Source: Maridesulfovibrio sp. (lineage in GTDB: Bacteria; Desulfobacterota; Desulfovibrionia; Desulfovibrionales; Desulfovibrionaceae). From it: a stretch of DNA of 64,000 nt. The translations under genes and the position numbers were made by a program. The notes under the pieces are model-generated. The model saw nothing but the letters and a program-made list of their open reading frames with translations, did not search any database and was not told where the DNA came from. Where the stretch lies: NCBI RefSeq assembly GCF_965230075.1, contig NZ_OZ245945.1:2959462-3023461 (forward strand), written 5' to 3'. Positions 1 through 9,191 of the stretch are shown here, piece after piece (position 1 is the first letter of the stretch; each line of letters starts with the position of its first letter).

Positions 1-870
1 GTGGTGGTTATCCTGCTGGCGGTAATCAACGCAGGCGGCGGCATGGAAAGCTGTATTCAGTCCCTCAAAGCCATTGACCCCGGACTGATCACCCCCACCG
101 GACCAAAAGATGCAGTACCGCAGCCATTCACCCTTTCCTTCTGGGTGCTGGTCGGTATCGGTATCCTCGGCCTGCCCCAGACCACCCAGCGCTGCATGGG
201 CTATCGCGACTCCAAAGCCATGCATGACGCCATGATCATCGGAACCCTACTTATCGGCTTCATGATCCTTTGCGCCCATCTTGCCGGAACACTGGGCCGG
301 GCAATCCTCCCCGAACTCCCGGCAGGCGATCTGGCTATGCCCTCACTCATCGTGGAACTGCTCTCCCCGGTATGGGCCGGAGTATTCATTGCCGGACCGC
401 TGGCAGCCATCATGTCCACCGTGGACTCCATGCTCCTGCTGGTCTCCGCAGCCATCATCAAGGACCTCTACATCCACTACCGCCTCAAGGGAGATGCCTC
501 ACGCATGACTCTGGTCAGCATCAAAAAGATGAGCCTGATCTGTACCGTGGTTGTGGGACTGATGGTCTTTGTTGCTGCTATTGAGCCGCCGGATCTGCTG
601 GTCTGGATCAACCTTTTCGCTTTCGGCGGATTGGAAGCAGCATTCCTCTGCCCCATTGTGATCGGGCTGTATTGGGATAAAGCCAATTCCACCGGAGCCA
701 TATCCTCTATCGTCATCGGCGTGGGAACCTTCATTGTGCTGACCATCATGAAGCCTGCCATGGGCGGGGTACATGCGATTGTGCCCACGACTCTGGCTTC
801 CCTGACAGCCTTTGTGCTCGGTTCATATGCCGGGTCTGGCAAGGCGAGAAATCAGCAGGTAGCTGGATAA
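1..870 (+). CDS. Sodium:solute symporter (SSS family, PanF/PutP-like), C-terminal part; 5' end lies outside the window
   Basis: The ORF is open at the window edge. The translation is strongly hydrophobic and multi-TM (e.g. GLPQTTQRCMGYRDSKAM, AGPLAAIMSTVDSMLL), as in SSS-family transporters. Confidence 0.7.
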   Translation: MVVILLAVINAGGGMESCIQSLKAIDPGLITPTGPKDAVPQPFTLSFWVLVGIGILGLPQTTQRCMGYRDSKAMHDAMIIGTLLIGFMILCAHLAGTLGRAILPELPAGDLAMPSLIVELLSPVWAGVFIAGPLAAIMSTVDSMLLLVSAAIIKDLYIHYRLKGDASRMTLVSIKKMSLICTVVVGLMVFVAAIEPPDLLVWINLFAFGGLEAAFLCPIVIGLYWDKANSTGAISSIVIGVGTFIVLTIMKPAMGGVHAIVPTTLASLTAFVLGSYAGSGKARNQQVAG

Positions 871-1011
871 CATCCACATATCCACTCCCCCGCAACACGG
901 ACGACATGTTTTTGTAACAAAGATAACGTATTCGCTATCAGCTATGCATGTTTGAAAAGACTGCACTTAAATCAAGAACAGCCCTCCAGTCCGGGCACAG
1001 GAGTGAATGAT

Positions 1012-1680
1012 ATGGATATGCACCACCCTCTAAAAGTATATGAAGAGGAACTTGCCGACCTTCAGGGACTTGTCCTTGAACTTGGAAATCTCGCACTCGA
1101 GCAGTTGAACAAGGCTATTAAGACTTTTGAGGACAATGACCCCGAAAAAGCTGAAGCCATCATTAAAATGGACGAAAAGATCAACGACCTTGAACATGAA
1201 GTAGACAAAATGTCCCTCATGATCATTACCAAGATGGAACCCAAAGCCGCGGATCTTCGTTACGTCCTGACTGCCAGCAAAATCGCCTCTGACCTTGAGC
1301 GCATTGCCGACTATGCCAAAAGCATTGCCAAGAAGGGAAAGCGCGGATTTGCCGAAGAACACGCCCAACATCTGGGCTATGTCCAGCACATGGGACAGGA
1401 ACTGACTGCCATGCTGACAAGCATCCTTGAAGCATTCAAGGAACTGAGCGTAGAGAAAGCCCTCGACGTCTGGCACAGCGACAGCAATGTCGATGCCCTG
1501 TTCAAGGAAGGTGTAACCGGAATGAAAGACTGCGTGGAAGCTGAAGACCTCGAAGGAAAGGGCTTCATCTCCCTGCTCTTCACCATGCGCTGCCTTGAAC
1601 GTGTCGGCGACCATATCACCAACATTGCCGAGCATATCTACTTTATCAAATATGCCGAGTACTTTGCCGGGAAAAAATAA
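1012..1680 (+). CDS. phoU: Phosphate signalling/transport regulator PhoU
   Basis: Two PhoU repeats carry the characteristic acidic motifs (LERIADYAKSIA; LERVGDHITNIAEHIYF). The in-frame ATG at 1012 follows GGAG (1000-1003) and is preferred over the TTG at 952 used by the ORF track. Confidence 0.85.
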   Translation: MDMHHPLKVYEEELADLQGLVLELGNLALEQLNKAIKTFEDNDPEKAEAIIKMDEKINDLEHEVDKMSLMIITKMEPKAADLRYVLTASKIASDLERIADYAKSIAKKGKRGFAEEHAQHLGYVQHMGQELTAMLTSILEAFKELSVEKALDVWHSDSNVDALFKEGVTGMKDCVEAEDLEGKGFISLLFTMRCLERVGDHITNIAEHIYFIKYAEYFAGKK

Positions 1681-1704
1681 ATCCGGCTAACGTAAAATCA
1701 TCAC

Positions 1705-1742
1705 AAAGGGGAGCGCTGATGCGTTCCCCTTTTTCTTTTTCT
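1705..1742 (+). terminator. Rho-independent terminator after phoU
   Basis: GGGGAGCGC / GCGTTCCCC stem with a TGAT loop, followed by the TTTTTCTTTTT run. Confidence 0.6.
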
Positions 1743-1774
1743 CTTTACACGGACATCGCTTTTGAATAACCTTT

Positions 1775-1868
1775 TCCGCAGCTGGGGGTGCCTTATCTGG
1801 CTGAGATGGCGTAATAGCCTGTCCCTTCGAACCTGATGCGGGTAATCCCGCCGTAGGGAAGCTGCATA
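1775..1868 (+). promoter_or_regulatory. TPP (THI-box) riboswitch leader of the thiS operon
   Basis: Contains the conserved THI-element core CTGGGGGTGCC...GCTGAGA...CCCTTCGAACCTGATGCGGGTAATCCCGCCGTAGGGAAGC. It lies about 70 nt upstream of thiS. Confidence 0.85.
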
Positions 1869-1934
1869 GATTCTGTTGTTATATCTATTGTTGCGCTCGC
1901 CCTACGTGGTGAGCTTTTTTTTTACGGAGTGAAA

Positions 1935-2135
1935 ATGATCGTAAAATTGAACGGTAAAGAAGCTGAACTGGCCGAAAACATCACCATCCTCGAACTGCTG
2001 GAATCCAAAAATCTCACACCGGAAACCGTGGTTGTTGAAATCAATATGGAAATCATCCCGGCTGAAAACTACGGCTCCACACAAATAAATGACGGGGACC
2101 ACCTCGAAATACTGCGCTTTGTAGGCGGAGGTTGA
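1935..2135 (+). CDS. thiS: Sulfur-carrier protein ThiS
   Basis: A ~66-aa ubiquitin-like product ends in ...RFVGGG (C-terminal Gly-Gly). The ATG at 1935 follows ACGGAG. It is the first gene after the TPP riboswitch. Confidence 0.85.
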   Translation: MIVKLNGKEAELAENITILELLESKNLTPETVVVEINMEIIPAENYGSTQINDGDHLEILRFVGGG

Positions 2136-2140
2136 TTACA

Positions 2141-2917
2141 ATGAACAACGATATTTTCAAACTGGGCGGCCTCGAATTCAAAAGCCGCCTGCTGACCGGA
2201 ACAGGCAAATACGCCGACGATTCCGTAATCCCGGATGTCTGTGAAGCTTCCGGCTCCCAGATCATCACTGTGGCACTGCGCCGCGTTGACCTTGAATCCG
2301 ACACCGGAAACGTCATGGACTTCATTCCCAAGCACATGCAACTGCTGCCCAACACCTCCGGCGCACGCACGGCTGAGGAAGCGGTCCGCATCGCCCGCCT
2401 TGCCAAGGCCATGGGCTGCGGTAACTGGATCAAGATCGAAGTAATTTCCGACAACAAATACCTGCTCCCCGACGGCTACGAGACCGCCAAGGCAACCGAA
2501 ATCCTCGCCAAGGAAGGATTCGTGGTCCTGCCCTACGTGAACGCAGACCTGTACATCGCCCGTTCACTGGTTGATGCCGGGGCTGCTGCAGTCATGCCGC
2601 TTGGCGCGCCCATCGGAACCAACCGGGGACTCAAGACCCGCGAAATGGTCCGCATTCTGATTGATGAAATCGACCTGCCGATCATTGTTGATGCCGGAAT
2701 CGGACGCCCTTCTGAAGCCTGCGAAGCCATGGAAATGGGTGCTGATGCCTGTCTGGTCAACACCGCCATCGCCACAGCATCCGATCCCAAGATGATGGCT
2801 AAGGCTTTCGGTCGGGCCGTAAAAGCCGGACGCGAAGCCTGCCTCTCCGGTCCCGGAGCAAAACACAGCCATGCCAAGGCTTCCTCACCCCTTACCGGAT
2901 TCCTGCACGAAGGATAA
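2141..2917 (+). CDS. thiG: Thiazole synthase ThiG
   Basis: N-terminus [19 protein letters not shown] and a TIM-barrel-like sequence ([33 protein letters not shown]) are typical of ThiG. It overlaps the thiS stop region. Confidence 0.9.
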   Translation: MNNDIFKLGGLEFKSRLLTGTGKYADDSVIPDVCEASGSQIITVALRRVDLESDTGNVMDFIPKHMQLLPNTSGARTAEEAVRIARLAKAMGCGNWIKIEVISDNKYLLPDGYETAKATEILAKEGFVVLPYVNADLYIARSLVDAGAAAVMPLGAPIGTNRGLKTREMVRILIDEIDLPIIVDAGIGRPSEACEAMEMGADACLVNTAIATASDPKMMAKAFGRAVKAGREACLSGPGAKHSHAKASSPLTGFLHEG

Positions 2918-2923
2918 AATAAA

Positions 2924-4045
2924 ATGAGCTTCTATCCCATCTGCGCCGAATACAACGACGCCCCCCTTGCCGAGCAATTCGGCTCTGTAACTGAACACGA
3001 TGTCAGGCGCGCTCTTAACAAGACAACTTTAAGCCCCGAAGACTTTCTTGCCCTGTTAAGCCCCGCAGCAGTTCCCTTTATCGAGGAAATGGCCGCAAAA
3101 GCCAGCCAGCTGACTTTGCAGCACTTCGGCAGAACCATTCAGCTGTTCACCCCGCTGTACATGGCTAACTTCTGCACCAATAAGTGCGTATATTGCGGCT
3201 TCAACACCAAGAACAAAATCCCCCGTTCCCAGCTGGGACCGGAAGAACTGGAAAAAGAAGCCAAGGCCATTGCGGCCACCGGGCTGAAACACCTGCTCAT
3301 CCTCACCGGGGACGCCCGGGCCAAATCATCCCCGGAATACATAGAATCCGCCGTGCAAATCCTGCGTAAGCATTTTCCGTCCGTATCCATTGAGATCTAC
3401 GCCATGACAGAGGAAGAATACGCCCGTCAGGTGGAAGCAGGCGTGGACGGCATGACTATGTTTCAGGAAACCTACAACGAAGAGCTTTACCCGGAACTGC
3501 ATCCCGCAGGCCCCAAGCACGACTACCGCTTCCGCCTCGATGCCCCTGAACGAGCCTGCAAGGCCGGCATGCGCGTGGTCAACATCGGTGCCCTGCTCGG
3601 CCTTGATGAATGGCGTCACGATGCCCTGAAAACAGGCATCCACGCCGCCTACCTGCAGAACAAATATCCAGAAGTGGACATTGCCGTGTCACTGCCGCGC
3701 ATCCGCACCCATGTGGGCGATGCTTTCACTCCCAAATCTATCGTCAGCGACACCGCCCTTGTACAAAACATGCTGGCCCTACGCATTTTCCTGCCACGCT
3801 GCGGAATCACCATTTCCACCCGCGAGGCACCTGATTTCCGCGAGAATATCCTCCCGCTGGGCGTAACCCGCATGTCCGCAGGAGTATCCACCGAAGTAGG
3901 CGGACACACTTGTGACGAAGAGGAGAAAGTAGGCCAGTTCGACATCAGCGATGAGCGCAGCGTAGACGAAATGTGCGCAGTACTCCGCAAACATGGCTAC
4001 CAGCCCGTTTTCAAGGACTGGCATCCCTTGCAGGAAGCATCGTGA
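2924..4045 (+). CDS. thiH: 2-iminoacetate synthase ThiH (radical SAM)
   Basis: Radical-SAM CxxxCxxC motif CTNKCVYCGF, a ThiH-like length (373 aa), and a position between thiG and thiF. Confidence 0.9.
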   Translation: MSFYPICAEYNDAPLAEQFGSVTEHDVRRALNKTTLSPEDFLALLSPAAVPFIEEMAAKASQLTLQHFGRTIQLFTPLYMANFCTNKCVYCGFNTKNKIPRSQLGPEELEKEAKAIAATGLKHLLILTGDARAKSSPEYIESAVQILRKHFPSVSIEIYAMTEEEYARQVEAGVDGMTMFQETYNEELYPELHPAGPKHDYRFRLDAPERACKAGMRVVNIGALLGLDEWRHDALKTGIHAAYLQNKYPEVDIAVSLPRIRTHVGDAFTPKSIVSDTALVQNMLALRIFLPRCGITISTREAPDFRENILPLGVTRMSAGVSTEVGGHTCDEEEKVGQFDISDERSVDEMCAVLRKHGYQPVFKDWHPLQEAS

Positions 4046-4665
4046 ACCGCGCGGAACAAGGCATAAGCAAATATCTCGGTGAGGACTGTCTGCGCTACCT
4101 GCAAACGGTCCGCATCGGCATTGCCGGGACCGGGGGATTGGGGTCAAACTGCGCCATGCACCTTGTGCGCAGCGGATTCAAGCAATTCACCATTGCCGAC
4201 TTTGACACCATTGAGGAATCAAACCTCAACCGCCAATTCTATTTCATGGAACAACTAGGCAAAAGCAAGGTCGAAGCTCTCTGCGAAAACCTGAAATCCA
4301 TCAACCCGGACCTCGACATCACTGCCCATAAGGCCGCAGTAAGCCGCGAGAACGTGCATGAACTTTTCGACAGCTGCGATGTCATCATTGAAGCCTTTGA
4401 TGATCCCACAGCCAAAAAAGCAATGGTGGAAGCCTTTCTGTCCACGGGCAAGCTGCTGGTCACTGCCTCAGGCATGGGCGGCGCGGGCAACACGGATGAG
4501 ATCAAAACTCGCAAGATCCGTGACAGCTTCTACATTGTCGGGGACATGAAAACCGAGTGCAACGAAGAGACCCCGCCCTTTTCACCGAGAGTGGCAATCT
4601 GCGCCGCCAAACAGTCCGACATTGTACTCAGCCATTACATGAACAAATTCCAAGAAGACAAATAG
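4042..4665 (+). CDS. thiF: ThiS adenylyltransferase ThiF (short E1-like form)
   Basis: Rossmann/E1 motif IGIAGTGGLGSNCAMHLVRSG. The likely start is the GTG at 4042, which overlaps the thiH TGA (GTGA). The ORF track's ATG at 3973 would overlap thiH by 73 nt. Confidence 0.8.
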   Translation: MNRAEQGISKYLGEDCLRYLQTVRIGIAGTGGLGSNCAMHLVRSGFKQFTIADFDTIEESNLNRQFYFMEQLGKSKVEALCENLKSINPDLDITAHKAAVSRENVHELFDSCDVIIEAFDDPTAKKAMVEAFLSTGKLLVTASGMGGAGNTDEIKTRKIRDSFYIVGDMKTECNEETPPFSPRVAICAAKQSDIVLSHYMNKFQEDK

Positions 4666-4674
4666 GGATAACTA

Positions 4675-5325
4675 ATGAGCACCAGAAAAATCACCCGCCA
4701 GAACATCCTTGATACCGATATCTACTGCCTGACCGCCCTGAAATTTTCCAAGGGCCGCTCCAATATCGAAGTTGTCCGCGAGATGCTGGACAGCGGAATC
4801 AAGCTGATCCAGTACCGTGAGAAGGAGATCAAGTCCGGTCAGAAATACGAAGAATGCATGGAAATCCGCCGCATGACCCGCGAAGCCGGAGCCGCCTTCA
4901 TCGTCAATGACGACATCGACCTCGCCATGATGGTTGAAGCGGACGGCATCCACATCGGGCAGGAGGATTTCCCGGTACATGCAGTGCGTAAGCTCATTGG
5001 TGATGAAATGGCTATCGGCCTCTCCACCCACGCTCCCGAAGAAGCCCTCGCTGCCGTGGAAGCTGGTGTGGATTACATCGGCGTAGGTCCGATCTTCAAA
5101 ACCTATACCAAAGACGATGTAGTTGATCCGGTAGGCTTTGAATACCTCGACTGGGTAGTCAAAAATATAGATATCCCCTTCGTAGCCATCGGCGGCATCA
5201 AAGAGCACAACATTGCCGAAGTCATGAACCGGGGCGCAAAATGCGTGGCTCTCGTTACCGAAATTGTCGGCGCAGAGAATATCGGCGGCATGGTCAACGA
5301 CCTGCGTGCTGCAATGCCTAAATAA
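4675..5325 (+). CDS. thiE: Thiamine-phosphate synthase ThiE
   Basis: ThiE-like motifs (IQYREK, FIVNDDIDLA, DGIHIGQED, GLSTH, YIGVGPIF.T.TK, VAIGGI) and its position as the last gene of the thi operon. Confidence 0.9.
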   Translation: MSTRKITRQNILDTDIYCLTALKFSKGRSNIEVVREMLDSGIKLIQYREKEIKSGQKYEECMEIRRMTREAGAAFIVNDDIDLAMMVEADGIHIGQEDFPVHAVRKLIGDEMAIGLSTHAPEEALAAVEAGVDYIGVGPIFKTYTKDDVVDPVGFEYLDWVVKNIDIPFVAIGGIKEHNIAEVMNRGAKCVALVTEIVGAENIGGMVNDLRAAMPK

Positions 5326-5354
5326 ATTTCAAATCGGAACCACTCACAAGACAA

Positions 5355-5396
5355 CACCCCTGAACCGAAATGTAAGTAAGCTCCGGTTCAGGGGTG
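5355..5396. terminator. Bidirectional hairpin terminator between thiE and the convergent secreted-protein gene
   Basis: Perfect 13-bp stem: CACCCCTGAACCG (5355-5367) pairs with CGGTTCAGGGGTG (5384-5396). Confidence 0.55.
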
Positions 5397-5423
5397 CGGG
5401 GTTGGTTAGATTATTAAATCTGA

Positions 5424-5930
5424 CTAGAAAGGCTGGGAATTGTTCAGAGGGTCATTAACATCTGTACCGCCACCAGTCCAAGAGCGAACTCTCCAAATCG
5501 ATCCGATCAAAGCTTTACGTAGTTTCGAATCATCCGCAGACCACTCAATGGTAGCATATCCTGCTGTCCTTTTAATTCCGGAGCAAGGCATCATCCAGTA
5601 CAAACGTGTACTGTGAGCCGGAATTTCAAAATCCCCAGTTCCAGAGACTACTGTCGGGAAACTACCCTGTCCGCCTTTAACAACTTTACTAAGATGAGTG
5701 AGATCAACATCGTCATGGTCATACACTCTTACTTTGCACTTAATTGTCTCACCCGTAATGTTGGTTAATATAATTCTGGGCAACATCTGATTAGTTGAAC
5801 TTATGTTCATATAGACAATTCCCGGAACGGTTATACCGCCCTGCGGCACAAAAGTACCCTGCGCCATCGCCCCGCCGCTCATCAGCAGAACCATTGCCAG
5901 TGCCTGTACAATCTTCATTGCTTTTTTCAT
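5424..5930 (-). CDS. Secreted hypothetical protein (168 aa)
   Basis: Sec signal peptide MKKAMKIVQALAMVLLMSGGAMAQG, with GGAGA upstream of the ATG. I recognise no family motif. The local sequence is lower in GC. Confidence 0.6.
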   Translation of the reverse strand: MKKAMKIVQALAMVLLMSGGAMAQGTFVPQGGITVPGIVYMNISSTNQMLPRIILTNITGETIKCKVRVYDHDDVDLTHLSKVVKGGQGSFPTVVSGTGDFEIPAHSTRLYWMMPCSGIKRTAGYATIEWSADDSKLRKALIGSIWRVRSWTGGGTDVNDPLNNSQPF

Positions 5931-6062
5931 TGTTTCTCCTTAACAATTTCATTGTGTAAAATGAGACACATTAACCGACACAAATATAATCGGAATAAAA
6001 GGCACTATCTTTAGATAAAATCTAAACTTTTTCACAAAATACCCACGTAGAAGCGCTGAAAC

Positions 6063-6392
6063 ATGTTCAAACAAAAAGAATGGCTATTCTCCGGCAAATC
6101 CGGCGAAAAACACCACTTCGGCATATTCGCCAAAACCCGCCCTATTCCTGAATACGGCGGAATCTACATCCTCGCCTATACGCACCCACGGGGGCACCGG
6201 GCCGGGTTCAAGGTCAATATGCTTTATGTCGGCGAGACGGATAACTTCCGCAAAAGACTTGCCGATCCGCCACAAGCTGACTGCTTGTGGGATGGCTGTT
6301 GGAATTGCATTTACCTGCTGAAACTTGATGATACGGATGGGAGAAAAGTAACTCTTGCGGATTTGATTGCGGGGAATGAAATTGCATGTTGA
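6063..6392 (+). CDS. Small hypothetical protein with a GIY-YIG-like motif pair
   Basis: GGIYILAY ... LYVGETDNFRKRL resembles the GIY / YIG / Arg core of GIY-YIG nucleases, but the spacer is longer than usual. The assignment is weak. Confidence 0.4.
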   Translation: MFKQKEWLFSGKSGEKHHFGIFAKTRPIPEYGGIYILAYTHPRGHRAGFKVNMLYVGETDNFRKRLADPPQADCLWDGCWNCIYLLKLDDTDGRKVTLADLIAGNEIAC

Positions 6393-6454
6393 ACCACCAA
6401 TCTTGACCGTTTAATATATCTCTAAACTATCGTTTTCCAGTGAAAGGACGTTCC

Positions 6455-7213
6455 ATGCGCAAAAAAATTCTCATCTTTACCCTAGTACTGCTCATAGCCA
6501 TGACTGGTTCTGCAGCCGCGCACTCGCTACGTAATACAATTTTCATCACCGAAGAGCTCCCTCCATATAACTATACTGAAAACGGTAAGCTGACAGGCGC
6601 CAGCGTCCAAATTTTAGATGCAGCCCTTGATGCTGTCGGAATTGAACAACCTGCAAACACAATTCGTGTCTACCCATGGGCAAGAGGCTTCAAAACGACT
6701 CTTAAAATTCCAAACACATGTCTCTTCAGTACGGTAAGAACCGACGTACGCGAAAAAAATTTTAAATGGGTAGGTCCAATCGCAGACGTTAATCTGATCT
6801 TCATATCTAACAAAAATGGATTTAAAATCGACAATCTGGAAGAAATAAAGAAATACTCCGTAACAACAATCAGAGAAGGCATTGGCCATCAAATCCTAAA
6901 ACGGGAAGGATTTTCCGATAAACATATAGACCTATCTGCCGACATCTCAACCATGGTTGAAAAAATAAAAAGAAACAGAGTTGATTTCCTCCTGGAGAGT
7001 GACAATGTAATTTATCAAGTATTGGAAAACAAAAAAATTAACAGCTCAACATTCAATAAATACTACACCCTTAATTTCGGACAACTATACTTTGCTTTTA
7101 ACAAAGAAACAGATGACTCTGTCGTATCCAGACTTCAGGAAGGGCTGAATATTATCCGGAAAAATGGAAAGCTCGATAAGATTCTCAGCAAATTACCAGC
7201 AAGAAGCAACTGA
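6455..7213 (+). CDS. Periplasmic solute-binding protein, family 3 (amino-acid ABC type), orphan copy 1
   Basis: Signal peptide MRKKILIFTLVLLIAMTGSAAA. An SBP_bac_3-like body (PPYNY, YPWARG, FKWVGP, LYFAFNK). The ATG at 6455 follows AAAGGA. Confidence 0.75.
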   Translation: MRKKILIFTLVLLIAMTGSAAAHSLRNTIFITEELPPYNYTENGKLTGASVQILDAALDAVGIEQPANTIRVYPWARGFKTTLKIPNTCLFSTVRTDVREKNFKWVGPIADVNLIFISNKNGFKIDNLEEIKKYSVTTIREGIGHQILKREGFSDKHIDLSADISTMVEKIKRNRVDFLLESDNVIYQVLENKKINSSTFNKYYTLNFGQLYFAFNKETDDSVVSRLQEGLNIIRKNGKLDKILSKLPARSN

Positions 7214-7307
7214 CGGCACACACAAAACCTCCCCCATATTGAACCCTAAAAAGAGCCTATTCAATTTATTAAGAATCTGCGCTACAATTCAGCATATGAG
7301 GGCTAAC

Positions 7308-8066
7308 ATGCTGAAAAAGATATTTACCTGCACAATACTGCTTTTTACTTTTCTATCCGGGACAGCAATGTCTCAATCTTTGGAAAACACTTTCTTTATT
7401 ACAGAGCACCTTCCGCCATATAACTATAAAGAAAACAATATGCTAAAAGGAATTAGCGTCAGAGTGTTATTAGAAGCCCTTAATGCCGTAGGGATAAAAT
7501 ATTCACCAGAAAAAATAAAACTATACCCTTGGGCAAGGGGATATAAAACAGCACTGAGAACACCGAATACATGCCTTTTCAGTACAGTCAGGAATGAATT
7601 TAGGGAAAATAAATTCAAATGGGCAGGACCGATAACAAATGCCACTCTGACATTCTACTCAGATAATCATGGGATAGAGATTAATAGTATGGAAGACCTC
7701 AAAAGATATTCCATAACAACAGCAAGACAAGGCATTGGACACCAAATACTTAAGCAGGAAGGATTTCCAGAAAACAAGTTGGACACATCTAACGAAGCTT
7801 CTTCGATGCTTGAAAAATTGGAAAGAAAAAGAGTTGATATAGTACTGGAAAACGAGAATGTAGTTTACCATACTCTGAAAGGCAAAAAAAGGGTCTGGAA
7901 AAGCTTAAAAGAGCTATATGTACTGGACTTAGGTGAAATTTACTTTGCCTTTAATAATGACACAGAAGATCATGTAGTAGCCAAGCTTCAAAAGGGCATC
8001 GATATAATCCGGAAAAATGGCAAGCTAGAGAAAATAGTACAAACGATCCCTAAAAATAAAAATTAA
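7308..8066 (+). CDS. Periplasmic solute-binding protein, family 3, orphan copy 2 (tandem paralogue)
   Basis: Collinear with the previous gene over its whole length (FITE.LPPYNY, YPWARG.KT.L..PNTCLFSTVR, GIGHQILK.EGF, IIRKNGKL.KI). Signal peptide MLKKIFTCTILLFTFLSGTAMS. The ATG at 7308 follows GAGGG. Confidence 0.75.
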   Translation: MLKKIFTCTILLFTFLSGTAMSQSLENTFFITEHLPPYNYKENNMLKGISVRVLLEALNAVGIKYSPEKIKLYPWARGYKTALRTPNTCLFSTVRNEFRENKFKWAGPITNATLTFYSDNHGIEINSMEDLKRYSITTARQGIGHQILKQEGFPENKLDTSNEASSMLEKLERKRVDIVLENENVVYHTLKGKKRVWKSLKELYVLDLGEIYFAFNNDTEDHVVAKLQKGIDIIRKNGKLEKIVQTIPKNKN

Positions 8067-8075
8067 CACACGACA

Positions 8076-8108
8076 AAGCCGCCGCAACCTTACAGGATGC
8101 GGCGGCTT
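8076..8108. terminator. Bidirectional hairpin terminator between the SBP gene and fdhE
   Basis: 11-bp stem: AAGCCGCCGCA (8076-8086) pairs with TGCGGCGGCTT (8098-8108). Confidence 0.55.
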
Positions 8109-8131
8109 CTCATTTCATTTTCCGACAAAGT

Positions 8132-9052
8132 CTACAACACATTCCAAGGAGTCTCAGCCAAAGGTTGGTAATCCTTTTCCTGCGCGTGAATATCAAGATG
8201 AACAAGCCCCAGCGGTGCCACACGCGGGTCTGGCTGGTCCGTGAGTTCACGGGTGTCGATGGTTACGAAGTAATGCTTGCAGGATTCACAGACATCCACA
8301 CGCTCGTTATTACGCTCCTCGGCCTGCAGATATCTAAGTTTCTCAATATCCTCATTTTCACACCATGGACAAGTATTGCGCTTGAAACGCCATTCGTGCC
8401 CGCAACAGGAACAGTGCAGCCAGCGCTGACCGCCGTGTGACTTGAGATAGGCATTGTCATCACCTGATTTCTTGAGCAGGGCCAAATCGGGGAAAGTGCC
8501 GCAGACCGGACAATATCCCTTATGCCAAGCCATATTCTCAATGGCCTTGGCTGCATCAGGCTCCATGCGGGTCATGAACGGTTTAAGGGCCATGGTTCCG
8601 ATAAAGGCCAAAGTCTGATCATCAATCTTCCACTCTTCAATCAAGGAACGCAGCAGCTTGCCGTCCTCATCCCAAAGAGCCTTGGCAAGATCATTAAAAT
8701 TTTCAACTTCACCCACTGCGACGACGATCTCATCCACCTGCTTGGAAATAGCAGGCAGTCCTTCTGAAACTGCCCCAGCAACCAGCATAAACACTTCTCG
8801 GTACTTATCGCCAAGCTCCGGCAGTTCCATATCTGCCAGCAGCGCAACCCCCTGCTCAAAGCGCGGGGCATATGCTTCCGGGATTTTATAGCCATTCCAA
8901 TCCGCCAAAAGATTATCTGCTTTTCCCAGAGCAATAACCAACGGCCCGAAAGCATCAAAAATATTTTCTAAGGCAGGCATTTTCTTACGCAAAGCAAGAA
9001 GCCCAGCCTGAACGTCACGTTTTTTCTTATTGGACTTGGTCATTATATTCAT
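8132..9052 (-). CDS. fdhE: Formate dehydrogenase accessory protein FdhE
   Basis: Paired CxxC motifs (CPVCG, CSCCGHEW, CPWC, CESC) in an FdhE-like arrangement. It lies directly downstream of fdhAB. Confidence 0.85.
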   Translation of the reverse strand: MNIMTKSNKKKRDVQAGLLALRKKMPALENIFDAFGPLVIALGKADNLLADWNGYKIPEAYAPRFEQGVALLADMELPELGDKYREVFMLVAGAVSEGLPAISKQVDEIVVAVGEVENFNDLAKALWDEDGKLLRSLIEEWKIDDQTLAFIGTMALKPFMTRMEPDAAKAIENMAWHKGYCPVCGTFPDLALLKKSGDDNAYLKSHGGQRWLHCSCCGHEWRFKRNTCPWCENEDIEKLRYLQAEERNNERVDVCESCKHYFVTIDTRELTDQPDPRVAPLGLVHLDIHAQEKDYQPLAETPWNVL

Positions 9053-9102
9053 GCTCCTGAAAATCGAAATTTATCTGAAAATTACCGTCAAAACGGCAAA
9101 GC

Positions 9103-9176
9103 CCTAATAAAATATTTTGGGATTCTTAAACCCTTTTTCAAAAGGGTTTAAGGCCCCCGGCAGGGCCGCCGGAGGC
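9103..9176 (-). repeat. REP-like double-hairpin intergenic element, copy A (inverted relative to copy C at 62398-62472)
   Basis: Its reverse complement reads GCCTCCGGCGGCCCTGCCGGGGGCCTTAAACCCTTTTGAAAAAGGGTTTAAGAATCCCAAAATATTTTATTAGG. This is nearly identical to 62398-62472. Confidence 0.6.
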
Positions 9177-9191
9177 CTATTGTGCTACTAA

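Noticed and set aside
952-1011. The TTG-initiated 5' extension of phoU (and the analogous upstream starts at 3973 for thiF, 7164 for the second SBP, 14600 for the HAD gene, 27981 for yaiI and 23918 for the HgdB-like gene).
   Set aside because: The extensions overlap neighbouring genes or terminators, have odd composition and lack an RBS. Internal ATG or GTG codons with Shine-Dalgarno-like sequences give products with normal family N-termini or signal peptides.
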